A stretch of 64,000 nt of DNA. Source: Balanoglossus misakiensis. Lineage: Eukaryota > Animalia > Hemichordata. Where the stretch lies: the NCBI GenBank assembly GCA_040954595.2, contig CM082580.2:8410390-8474389 (forward strand). The letters run 5' to 3'. The position numbers and the translations under genes were made by a program. This document shows positions 1 through 9,760 of this stretch, piece after piece. The notes beneath the pieces were generated by a model that ran no database searches, was not told the origin of the DNA, and saw only the letters and a program-made list of their open reading frames with translations. Within the stretch, counting starts at the first letter, position 1, and each line of letters opens with the position of its first letter.

Positions 1-39
1 CTTTGATCATTTCTTGTTGTTTCGCTGTGTTATTTTCAG

Positions 40-142
40 GTCCATCAGCCTTGTGGCCACTGGTTTACTGGGACACTATGAATTGCTATTCAACGGGAAG
101 ATGCTCCACGCTCCGATTGAACCCGAACAGTGTTACTGGGAG
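40..142 (+). CDS. Penultimate coding exon of a CS (CHORD-SGT1/p23, HSP20-like) domain protein; the gene starts upstream of the window
   Basis: Acceptor tattttcAG at 38-39 and donor GAG|gtagat at 143. Translates SISLVATGLLGHYELLFNGKMLHAPIEPEQCYWE and joins in phase 0 to exon 546..683, giving the CS-domain pattern L..PI.P..C.W.V......YLKK.....W. Confidence 0.75.
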
Positions 143-545
143 GTAGATGAAAGATTGCTATTATTAAAAAAATTCCCGGCAAACTGATTAACAGTTATTT
201 AGGAAACCGCATTTTGATCGCCTGTTACGCAGAGCGCGTTCTCCGCACACGGTGAAGTGCGCACGAACCGAGAAACTAACAGAAATACAACTCTTAAATT
301 TGATGTGAGATTTTATAACTTTCCCCAGTTTCATACAGTCATGAAACTAGCGAATGTCATAAAACGGCCTGAATGAAATGACATGCCTTTGCAACGGGAA
401 GTGTGTTTGTGTCGTATATGTTATATTAGCAAGTTGTATTGGCCGAGAAAATTCGCTGTTTGATATGTTGGCCTCGATTGTCCAATCATCAATCGTGTCC
501 CTCCTTCACTTACCGGGCCACCGCCATCTGCGTCTGTCTTAACAG

Positions 546-683
546 GTTGAGAAAGACTGGATCAAAGTGTACCTGAAAAAGAAAGTGGCGCAGAAATGGG
601 CAGATGCCAGGGGCGAGATTGTGCTGCTCGCTCCAGAACCGGATGACGAAGATGATGACGACAAAAAGGAGGAAGGCGATTGA
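546..683 (+). CDS. Terminal coding exon of the CS-domain protein, with an acidic C-terminal tail
   Basis: Acceptor tgtcttaacAG at 544-545. Translates VEKDWIKVYLKKKVAQKWADARGEIVLLAPEPDDEDDDDKKEEGD* (TGA 681-683). It completes the CS-domain LKK...W motif and ends in a p23-like acidic tail. Confidence 0.75.
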   Translation, partial: VEKDWIKVYLKKKVAQKWADARGEIVLLAPEPDDEDDDDKKEEGD

Positions 684-3600
684 CCGACGCGACGATCCTT
701 TGCCTATAGGGCCTACATGTAGTATAGTTACACACATCCAACCGGGGCTACCGTTATAAATTAATGAAAATACTTCTGCGGTAGTCATTAGGATTAACCA
801 ATTTATCTTTAGAAGCACTGACTGTAGTGGTAAGAGAAACATTAGTGGTGGGAGTATCGGAGATCGAGTCTAAGCAACGTCCCCTGAGGGGCGTCGGCGC
901 TTGCAGGAAGGCGACGGCCGGGAGGAAGCCGGGCGACAAGACCCGCATCGTGGTTGACGTACACTTACTGGTGATTTTACATGGGAATTAAAATAGAATG
1001 CGGTGTTGAAACAGTAGCCCTCTTGAGATATTTGTCAGCAAATATCGACACATGACCCAATTTGTTTTCTGTAGTACCATGCCCGGACTTGCCAGTGAGC
1101 AATATTTCACACGCAGAACCAAACTTCCAGACGAAACAAAAACGAATAGTTGATGTTTTCCCCATGATGAGGCGATTGAAAGGGCGAACCTACAGGAAGC
1201 AAATTATTTTATTGTGCGGTATAGGATATGGTTTACCTATGAATGATTTTAGATCGTTTTAATTTAAAAGTAATAATAAATTAATTATATCTTGTGTTTT
1301 AACACCATGGACGGATATTGTGCATACAGCCGACTAGTGAATATTTGTTGCGGAAAAATCTGAAATAAAATGAATTATTTGTATAAAAAATGTCGTAAAT
1401 TTCGATAACCATCAATTTCTTCGTGACGCCGTTTTGTGCATATTCATACCATTGTACTTTTCCGTCACAATGCGACCGAAACTCAATTGGTATCACACAA
1501 CAACAGTGAGCAGTGCCAGTCGCACGTGAACCGAATGCATGTATTCACCCATTCCGATTTGGTCACGGTGGCCACCTCGAGTTCACTATTCATTAGACTT
1601 TCGTTTTAGTTTCATTCATCACAGAATGTCACACCAATACAGCATTGCTAATGGTTACAGCCGAAGCATGGAGTGTCGAACCCGTTTTATATTCAACCGC
1701 ACAACTATTGTGGTGATGCATATGGGTGTTAGAACTGATCTCGAGCTCCACAAATTCAAAAAAATGTTGTCTGTCGACTATGGATAAGGATAAGGAGTAG
1801 ATCGAAGTATTTTATCGATTTATAAGTGACAGCTATTGGGGCTGTAATCGAAATGAATCCTTTTTCCATTGGCCTATACAGCATCACCATCCTGCAAGGA
1901 ATGCTTTATCGGTCATAGAAATCTGATAGACGACCAGGCGGTTTACTGCTTTTTGATAGCAGGAATAAACTACCATGGAAAAGCTGCCACCTGTCACGCA
2001 TCAATCACTCCGCCGGGGCAGTCAACAAGTCCTGTATGATTACGTCGCATGCGTCGCGTATTAAAAACAAACGTCCCAGCCACGTTTAACTCATTCACAT
2101 CTCCTCTTAATTTAAAACCACCAATAAGGCCAAACCTGCCTGTCTCATTCGTTCTGTGTCATCCCGATGTCACGTGGGTTAGTTCAACCAATCACCAACG
2201 AGGGTGCCCTGCCTACGTTCACTGGTTCGCCTCAGTCTGCAGAAACCCGAACGCTTGGATTTGGATATCGATAATAATTTACCTTTAAAAACTCGACCGA
2301 ATGTTTGCGCTTAAACACCGTTGATTTAAAGGGATAACTTTTTCGCGGGAGAACGTTAGTGACATTCCAAGCTCGAGTCATTTGGTGAAGGTATGTGAAA
2401 TTGTTAATTTTCGTCATTCGTCATCGTCATCAACGTGAATTGCGACATAATTTCTTACATTGGTTCGAGTTATTAACAAATACTGATCATAATGCGAAGT
2501 TGAGCTTTGTGTTATTGTAACTGCCATTGACGACAAGAAGGACGGTGGAAACCAAGCTGCAAATTGGTTTTCCCCATTGGAAAATGTCAATTATGCTGGC
2601 GGTATGTAAACCACCATGTGATGTTCCTTTCAAATTTGCATATATATGACAGTTTTAATACGGCATTCTTAAGACCGCACCTATCGAGGCTGATGTTTTC
2701 GACATATTTGCTTTTATGATGATCGCTTAGTATGAAATGGTAGTTTTGATGTTCTCGATCGCTATCTTTCGTTTCATATTTTCGATTTCCCTTTGCCTTG
2801 CTGTGCGACCATTTTCGCATTTCGATTGTGTAGTCGATCGTCGTTAGATCCACTCACTCAGTAAATACAGCCGTTATTTCATGTAACCTTCGTTAATTTT
2901 TACTAGACAAAAATTAATTATTTTTTACAAAAAGTTGCATCCTTCAGAAGCAACCGAAACCAACACAAATGTGTCTATGTCATCGTGTGACACGCAACAC
3001 AATAAATCGAATCGTGGTCGTGTCGGATTCCATATTGTCGCCTAGCTGATTAGCATAAAATAACCTGTTATAAAAATAGCACAATGCCGGTTATTTTTAT
3101 CACACTTTTCTTCCATTTTCATATCGAATTACCAATCCTCAAATTATCGCAAAGTGCCATATTTTATGTAGGTTTATACTGACTTTTGCCCCCTTATCGA
3201 AATTAAGTGGCCTGTGTTTGCAAAGCTTCAGTCAACGTTCTTGTAATGTATTCATAGTATTGTACTGTACATTAGGGGATATTAAACATACCCACCTCTT
3301 TTGCCAGCAGGTTGATTCATTGCCAACCAGATAAACCGAGCGAGTATTGCTCGCATCTTGGTGCCAATCGCCTTAAATCTTTGGTGACATAACATAACAA
3401 CTGTAACATCTTACTTCACCAACATTCAATTATATGCAGTGTGAGAGCTGGCCTGCGGGAAAGACAATTAATTTACACACGTGCCCATATTTTACACGTA
3501 CTAGTATACTGTAAATATGAGCGGCATTTAATAGGCGTGGCCCGTGCAAATATAGCGACTGCAACAGCTGTGTGTCGTCAATATTGCTTTCGACCTCGTT

Positions 3601-4970
3601 CGGCGTACTAACGCTCCAACTTTGAAAGAAAAAAATACCGCGCCGTTCTCGTCTCTATGAGCCGCGCGCCCTAAATTGCTCACATTTCTGACAGACGGTT
3701 TGATCGCTGCCACGTTGATTTGACATCTATTAGTAAATATGACTGGGGTATCCATTCAGTTGAGACGACGTGTCGTGATGTTTATTGTCATCTTGACAGT
3801 TATTACACGGCTGTCACCTTCGTTATCACAGTGCATCAAAGAGAGAACAACTCAGCATTGTCATGCAAAATGGAGTGGAATTTGACGTGGGGAGTTTCAA
3901 TGTAGAGGAAAAATCGCGATTCCTAAAAGGACCCAGACCCTTTCAAAAATTAATTTCAATGTATTTACGGTGAAGTCTAATGTTGTAATGCGTTCCGTCG
4001 GCCATTTGCGACAAAGGACATGAATAAATGATTTTGTAATGAATAATTATAAATTCCGGCTGCTTTTATGTTATAATACGCGCTTTGCACGCCTCTCGCC
4101 GATTCTGAATTCCGAAGTTTTAAATGCGCGTTGCCGTCACAGCATGCGGCAACAAACGAGGTTAATTTGTGCAGTACTCTCTCTATATCTGATACACCAG
4201 GCTCTGCATCTTGTCTGGATGCGTGTCCGATGTAGTCCAGGCCAGAGGGATCTGACGGGGATTTGACAATTAACAAGAGGCCAGCTCAGGAAACCGATTT
4301 CATGCATGGCAACCATTGTCTTTTCATGGTGATTAGCCGCCCTTCCTCCCCTCCAAACGGCAGCTATGACACGGTCATCTATCATTCATTGATGATGCTC
4401 TCAAGAGAGCGCCGGTGCAGATGATGGCGAGTCTATGAAATGTGATGATGAGCCCTGGGACACAATGCTTTTCTCATCAATCCACGGGATTAACCCCTGC
4501 TGTGTTAAAAGGAATGAAAAAGCTCTGAATATTGGTACATGTAATATAACAATACTAACGCGAAAGTGTAGAAATCGACCCGGGCGACACCAGCAAGTAG
4601 CATTAGAATAGGCAAACAAGCAAAACGTCGACACCGCCTGAGAATAGCTGACATAATTGCTTTACATTTTACATGGCATCAGCGATGTTCTGTCGAGTTC
4701 TGTGTGAACCGGTACATGGTGTTAATGGCGTAAAGCATGCCCCCTTAGTGGTGTACGGAATTTTGCAAGCTGAGGATTTTACAATAATTTTTCTCATGAA
4801 AGTGTGATACTTTGCTTTAAAGCCCCCATGCCGTACCTTTTTATATTTTTGATACGATAGTTTGATTTCAAAATATCTCTTACTTAATGTACATTTCAGA
4901 TAGCGAATGGTCGTTACTGTAAAATACACCTCTTTTTTATAATTTCAGGAACACTAATTGCTTCAACAAA

Positions 4971-5699
4971 ATGGCTGGCAACATGACAGTTCCTCATGTC
5001 GTCGAAGATATCGATGACATCATCAAAAAGTGGGTACTTGAAGACAGACCACGCGACAAATATGACGTCGACATCCTGAGAAACAGTCTTAAGTTCACCC
5101 AGGTGGGTGATATCGATTACACGAGGATACAGGACGCCAGTGCGCAAGCGCGGGAGATGCAGCACACCACGACCTTCGTCAACGACACCTCCAGCGAACA
5201 GAAGCACCGACTAACATCGGAGCGGAGCCTCCGGACGTCCTACACCTGGACGCTGGCCAGCGGCCACACGTTCGGGGCGCAGGGCGGCATCAGTCTGAAG
5301 CCGCCGGCCAGCTGCGTCGAGGCCGGGTTCGAGTTCAGTCGTCAGAGCTACGAGCACAAAAGCGACGAGCAGGTCTTCGAGAAGAGTCGCAAGAGCACCC
5401 TGGACTCGGAGATCACCGTCAAGCCGAAGAAGAAGGTCAGCGTCTTCTTGAAGACCTGGGAGGAGGACTACGCCGCCACCTACAAGATCAAGTACCGAGT
5501 GAGCGGCAGCGTGAAGGCGATCATCCGCGACAAACACGGCACCAACGTTGAGGGCGAAGCGCCGGAGATCTTCTGCAACATGGAAGGGTTTCGCATCGAC
5601 AACATGTCCAAGGGAACGGTGGTCTTCGAAAATAAAGGCATGTTTCTGTGCAAACGAGAGCTGAGTCAACAATTCGAGGTCAAAGAAGAGGATCTCTGA
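4971..5699 (+). CDS. ETX/MTX2/aerolysin-family (LIN-24-like) beta-pore-forming protein, 242 aa, single coding exon
   Basis: Long ORF with high GC at third codon positions. Motifs: FVNDTSSEQ (N.T..EQ), a Ser/Thr-rich strand, the alternating amphipathic hairpin TWTLASGHTFGAQGGISLKPPASCVEAGFEFS, and ITVKPKKKVSV (V.VPP..v). Acceptor aatttcAG at 4947-4948 lies just before the ATG, implying an upstream non-coding exon. Confidence 0.85.
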   Translation: MAGNMTVPHVVEDIDDIIKKWVLEDRPRDKYDVDILRNSLKFTQVGDIDYTRIQDASAQAREMQHTTTFVNDTSSEQKHRLTSERSLRTSYTWTLASGHTFGAQGGISLKPPASCVEAGFEFSRQSYEHKSDEQVFEKSRKSTLDSEITVKPKKKVSVFLKTWEEDYAATYKIKYRVSGSVKAIIRDKHGTNVEGEAPEIFCNMEGFRIDNMSKGTVVFENKGMFLCKRELSQQFEVKEEDL

Positions 5700-6010
5700 C
5701 AACCGCGACCAAAAGAAATTTCTTCTAATTCAAGAGCACAAAACGCATACCCGCAGTTAGCATCGAAAAAACAATAGAATGACAATTGAGTATGATTGTT
5801 ATTGAAATGAAATAGCTATATTTTAATCATTATTAATGTTGCTGACATCAGCATTTTTATGTGCCAATGTCCAAAAGAAAAGTGGTTCCGACTATATTAT
5901 GTAATATGGACTTGGTGCTAAGTTTTAGAACGTCCACAATCCAGTGTCAATGTTTTTAAGTTTAGCATTCATGTCGGTGATCTTAGTTGATTTTTTACTG
6001 CCATTTGGAT

Positions 6011-6016
6011 AATAAA
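6011..6016 (+). terminator. Candidate polyadenylation signal of the pore-forming-protein gene
   Basis: AATAAA about 310 nt after the stop, followed by TGTGTTT. Confidence 0.45.
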
Positions 6017-6309
6017 ATGTGTTTAAATCAATCTTACTGTGCCCGAGAGAATTTTCAGGACCATTTTCAATCTGCAGGACTGGGGGCGCTATTTCAATAT
6101 TCACTAAAACTGAGATGGACTTGATCGAGCGTGAGTCTTGATGTATAATGTATAGGGAGCAATGTTACTGTAAGCTGGAGGGTATTACGCTAGTTTTATG
6201 CAAGTCAGTTAAATTTCGAGGGGCGTGGATTGGAGGAAACTTGAGAATCAAGTTTTTAAAAAAGTGATTGCAAAGAACGCAAAGCATTCTGGTTAGGGAA
6301 AACTTTTAG

Positions 6310-6317
6310 TGACGTCA
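6310..6317. promoter_or_regulatory. Perfect CRE palindrome upstream of the TEX12-like gene
   Basis: TGACGTCA in the short interval between the pore-former poly(A) signal and the TEX12-like ATG; function unproven. Confidence 0.25.
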
Positions 6318-7000
6318 TTTTTCAAAATGGAGGACAGCAACCTGACCCGAAAAATATGTAGCACGAGAAAAATCGACATTTTTAATGTCGAATGATGGAT
6401 ATTTTGAGTAAGTGATATTTTTTCGGTAAATGTATAGTATCCGAAACATCTGTTGTTTGCGTATGCCGTCCAATATGTAAAACAATATCGATTTTATCAC
6501 AGAACAATATTGTATGGCCAGGTCAGGTCCGCGGTATATCCGGGGGTCAGGTGCAGCTGGTTGGCAACGGGAACCTCGCCTCGACCTCCACTGCACTGCA
6601 CTCTGCACGCCGGTACTAGTGCAGTGTCAAACGTGCCAACTTTTCTTGTTTTTAAAATACCTATAGTACCTTTCCGTAATCATCCCCGATTGACGTACGT
6701 GTATTTACCTATGATTGAAAGCAATATTCTACACCCGACTGTGCAGTACTATGTTTCGTATTCGTAAATGGGCAAGTTTGTTGCTCATCGCATCATGTGA
6801 GTTTATCATGTTTCAGTTTGACAGACATACTATATTCCCCATGGGCAACACCTCATTATTTTTTTCTCGCCTATTGCAGAAATGGATTTTGATGCTGCAT
6901 AAAGTTAAAGACCTTATCACAGTTGATGATTTCACAGAAAATTCATAAGAATCCAGAGTTACGTTACACTCACAGTAAATGTACTGACTACTGTCCGAAG

Positions 7001-7026
7001 ATGGATTTTACGATGAGTTTACAAAG
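7001..7026 (+). CDS. TEX12: TEX12-like gene, coding exon 1
   Basis: ATG GAT TTT ACG ATG AGT TTA CAA AG|gtaggc. Its phase-2 end matches the next exon. The start codon assignment is the least certain part of the model. Confidence 0.5.
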
Positions 7027-7189
7027 GTAGGCTTTATCTTGCTTACCCCAAGTGTGAAAATTTGTGATAGATGAGATGGAGTAACTATTATGACGTTTCT
7101 TCAGATTTTTCAGTTAGCTTTCAGACCTTCCATAATGTTGTTCAACTACGTTCCACTGGTGATATCATTTGTTCGTTGTTGTGTTCTAG

Positions 7190-7307
7190 TTTTGATCAAC
7201 ACAGACAAGAGGTTGATAAACAAGCAAACAAAAACGAGAACAACAATGGAGATGTCCAGGAAGAGAATCCTAATGAAGGCCATTTTGCTGGAACCATGTT
7301 GCCAGAT
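7190..7307 (+). CDS. TEX12: TEX12-like gene, coding exon 2 (low-complexity N/E/Q-rich N-terminus)
   Basis: Acceptor gtgttctAG at 7188-7189; translates FDQHRQEVDKQANKNENNNGDVQEENPNEGHFAGTMLPD; donor GAT|gtatgt in phase 0. Confidence 0.6.
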
Positions 7308-7354
7308 GTATGTACAGTATAAACATACTTAAAGTATGTACTTAAAACAACAAC

Positions 7355-7356
<2 letters not shown>

Positions 7357-7402
<46 letters not shown>

Positions 7403-7410
7403 GTCAATCA
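7357..7410. repeat. (CAAT)n microsatellite in a TEX12-like intron
   Basis: Directly visible tandem CAAT run. Confidence 0.95.
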
Positions 7411-7584
7411 GTGACTGTGGGAGTACATGTACTTTATATGAACTCACTGATTTGGAATTTTGTTGAAAAGCGCCACTATATATGAAAGGACTTGTTCCTT
7501 TCGTTTTTAGTATTGCCCAGCTTATATGCTATCTCAAAGTCTGTCAGTGTTTAATGAATTATACTTCAATGATTTTTACATTAG

Positions 7585-7948
7585 GCTGATGGCTTCATTC
7601 CCCCTGGCCCAGTAACATCCCATAAACAGAAGAACACTTCTGCAGGTGGCAGTGGGCAAGGTAATTCAGTTACATTCCACACATTGATAGATTTCATCCT
7701 TCGAGCTAATGCCTCACATTCAGTAAGTACAGAAAGTGTATCAAAAGACAGGCCTAACATATATGTACCACCCACCTCAAATTATTTGTATATTTCTCAA
7801 GGTGATACAGCTGAAGATTCCCAGATGGAGCATATGTCAGTGAACAGCCAATCAGAAGAGACTGCTGCAGCTGTTCTGCCTCTTGATGGTTACACATCTA
7901 ATAGTAACAGTAACTCCCAGATGCCATTGGTCAATGATCTTTTGAAAG
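7585..7948 (+). CDS. TEX12: TEX12-like gene, coding exon 3 (possibly split by a 141-nt in-frame intron at 7661..7801)
   Basis: Acceptor tttttacattAG at 7583-7584; open frame ADGFIPPGP...SQMPLVNDLLK; donor AAAG|gtacct in phase 1. Confidence 0.6.
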
Positions 7949-8139
7949 GTACCTGTTGGTTTCTTTGTTGAGATGCATGTTCTGAGATAGTGAGGTAGTA
8001 AGTGTGCAAGTAATGCAAGTCAAACTTTGTTACCCCAACGTTATTAATAGTGTACTAGACAACCATGGCAGTTGTCATAATCATGATCACCACCACCACC
8101 TCCATGAGAATTTAGTTTTTATTGTCTTTTCTAATGTAG

Positions 8140-8191
8140 AAATGGGACAAGCATTGAAAATAGAATGTTCACACTGGGCTCAAGTATTTCA
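8140..8191 (+). CDS. TEX12: TEX12-like gene, coding exon 4
   Basis: Acceptor ttttctaatgtAG; translates (E)MGQALKIECSHWAQVF(Q); donor CA|gtaagt. Aligns without gaps to vertebrate TEX12 DVSKEINLMLSTYAKLLS (recalled sequence). Confidence 0.75.
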
Positions 8192-8660
8192 GTAAGTATT
8201 TAATTTCATCAGAAGAGAAAAAAAAATAAGGTCAGGTTAATTTCTGTACTGTTCAGTCGATTTGAGGTACCTGTCATGTGTCAAGAAACAAACATGATAG
8301 AACAATCACAAGAGCTGAGCTTAGTTAAAATGATTGTGGCAGAATTGGAATACATCGACTCAGCAATTTAATTTCCGGTGTGGTTTCCTGCTGCCAATGT
8401 AGTATGTTTACGCTAGTTCAAATGTGACAAGACATCATTTTACAGCTGAACCATACTATTTTTTTTTAAATTTAAAATGCCACTTCAAATTTCCCGTTTC
8501 TGATGTGAGTTTGCTGATTATTGTGACCTGAGTGACCTCATCTATGAAGTGATGAATTGGTTTATTTGTTCAGAAAATAATAATCCCAGAAATAACCAGA
8601 TTCACTCAAACATCATCCAAAAATCTGGAATCATTACCATCTCTGTACTTTTATTACCAG

Positions 8661-8811
8661 GGAGAGCCAGCAGTTTGAGACTTTCTGCCCAACGAGGCTG
8701 GACAAAATGCTGGCCGAAGCCAAAGCATTGGAGGAAGACCTGCTCCAACAGAAGGCGAAGCTTATCTCCAGATTGCAAGATATTTCAAAAACCCTGCAGA
8801 ATCTTACATGA
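8661..8811 (+). CDS. TEX12: TEX12-like gene, terminal coding exon (conserved C-terminal coiled coil)
   Basis: Acceptor ttttattaccAG; translates ESQQFETFCPTRLDKMLAEAKALEEDLLQQKAKLISRLQDISKTLQNLT*. Gapless match to human TEX12 [47 protein letters not shown] (recalled), ending at essentially the same position. Confidence 0.8.
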
Positions 8812-9327
8812 AGAGTGATTTCGCATGATGGTCAGTGAAGTTTAGAATTTTTGTCTGCTATACTTTGCTTGTATAAATATTAAGTTTTCAGCAGACTGTA
8901 CTCAAGATAAATATGTTAAACGTTTGAACTTTCCATATGATTTGCATTAAGTATGTTGTTTGAATATTAATGTAGTATTCAAAAAAAAAGTCAAAGGAAG
9001 GCCATGTCCATATTATATGTCTGTTTCTTGAGCACTTCAGTTAATAGTCATCATTTGATTACTTGTTCTTTGCAAGTAAGACTTTATGGACATCAGGGTA
9101 AACAAAAAATAATGTGATAGCACCCTAATCAGTCTTGTCTTGTGTTGTATTTTATTGTATTGTAATGTATTGCACTGTACATTGAAAGCTGTCTATAAAT
9201 AGTCAATATTGACTGTTATGTACAAAAACTACTAATACATATCACTTCAGTATCAATCTGTGTCCGTCATCAAGCATTGGGCATGTACATATTAACATTA
9301 TGTGTTTATTTTGTTTGCTTTTCTTGC

Positions 9328-9333
9328 AATAAA
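9328..9333 (+). terminator. Candidate polyadenylation signal of the TEX12-like gene
   Basis: AATAAA after an AT-rich 3' UTR of about 520 nt. Confidence 0.4.
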
Positions 9334-9418
9334 TTGGTGTTCCATTAAATGATAAATATCCATAGGCCTATAGCTGCAAGCTTTGGCTATTTCTCCATTT
9401 TTTGCACTTTGTATCAAC

Positions 9419-9760
9419 TGTAGTGCACATGTGCAAATTTAACCACAGTAACCATGGAAAGTGGAAATCTAGCAAATCAAGGATATCATCAAACTGCACA
9501 CTCCAATTTTCTTGTAATTTCTGTAAAACTGCAGTATGGTTCAAGAGGCGGTTAGCGTGCGGACAAGCTGCATGATTTTGTCCACCTGTGCGATTTCTGG
9601 GAAGTTCGCCTTGCACCTGTGTGGGTGACGAGCGCCACCTACAGGTTGAATCTAAAAATTTACGTGGTGTCTTCATGAAATTATGCCACTAAAGAGTTTC
9701 AAAAGATTTAATCTTCTTTCAAACTTCATTTTCTCCTCACAGACTTCACCGGTGACTATA
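9419..9760 (+). mobile_element. Degenerate copy of a non-autonomous DNA-transposon family (Kolobok-like)
   Basis: The left end (gtgcaaatttaaccacagtaaccatggaaa...tagcaaatca) resembles 58713-58770 (+) and 14585-14652 (-). The right end caccggtgactata is a degenerate inverted copy of the left terminus. Confidence 0.45.

Noticed and set aside
510-842. 110-aa minus-strand ORF with a hydrophobic stretch
   Set aside because: Antisense shadow of the acidic terminal exon 546..683.
813-990. Open plus-strand frame after a possible acceptor in the CS-gene 3' region
   Set aside because: Its phase is incompatible with the donor at 142 and the peptide is not recognisable; probably 3' UTR.
4914-5702. Minus-strand ORFs of 97 and 163 aa
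   Set aside because: Antisense shadows of the GC3-rich pore-former CDS.
8549-8818. 89-aa ORF in the track
   Set aside because: Wrong frame; the real exon is 8661..8811 in another frame, fixed by splice phase and TEX12 similarity.
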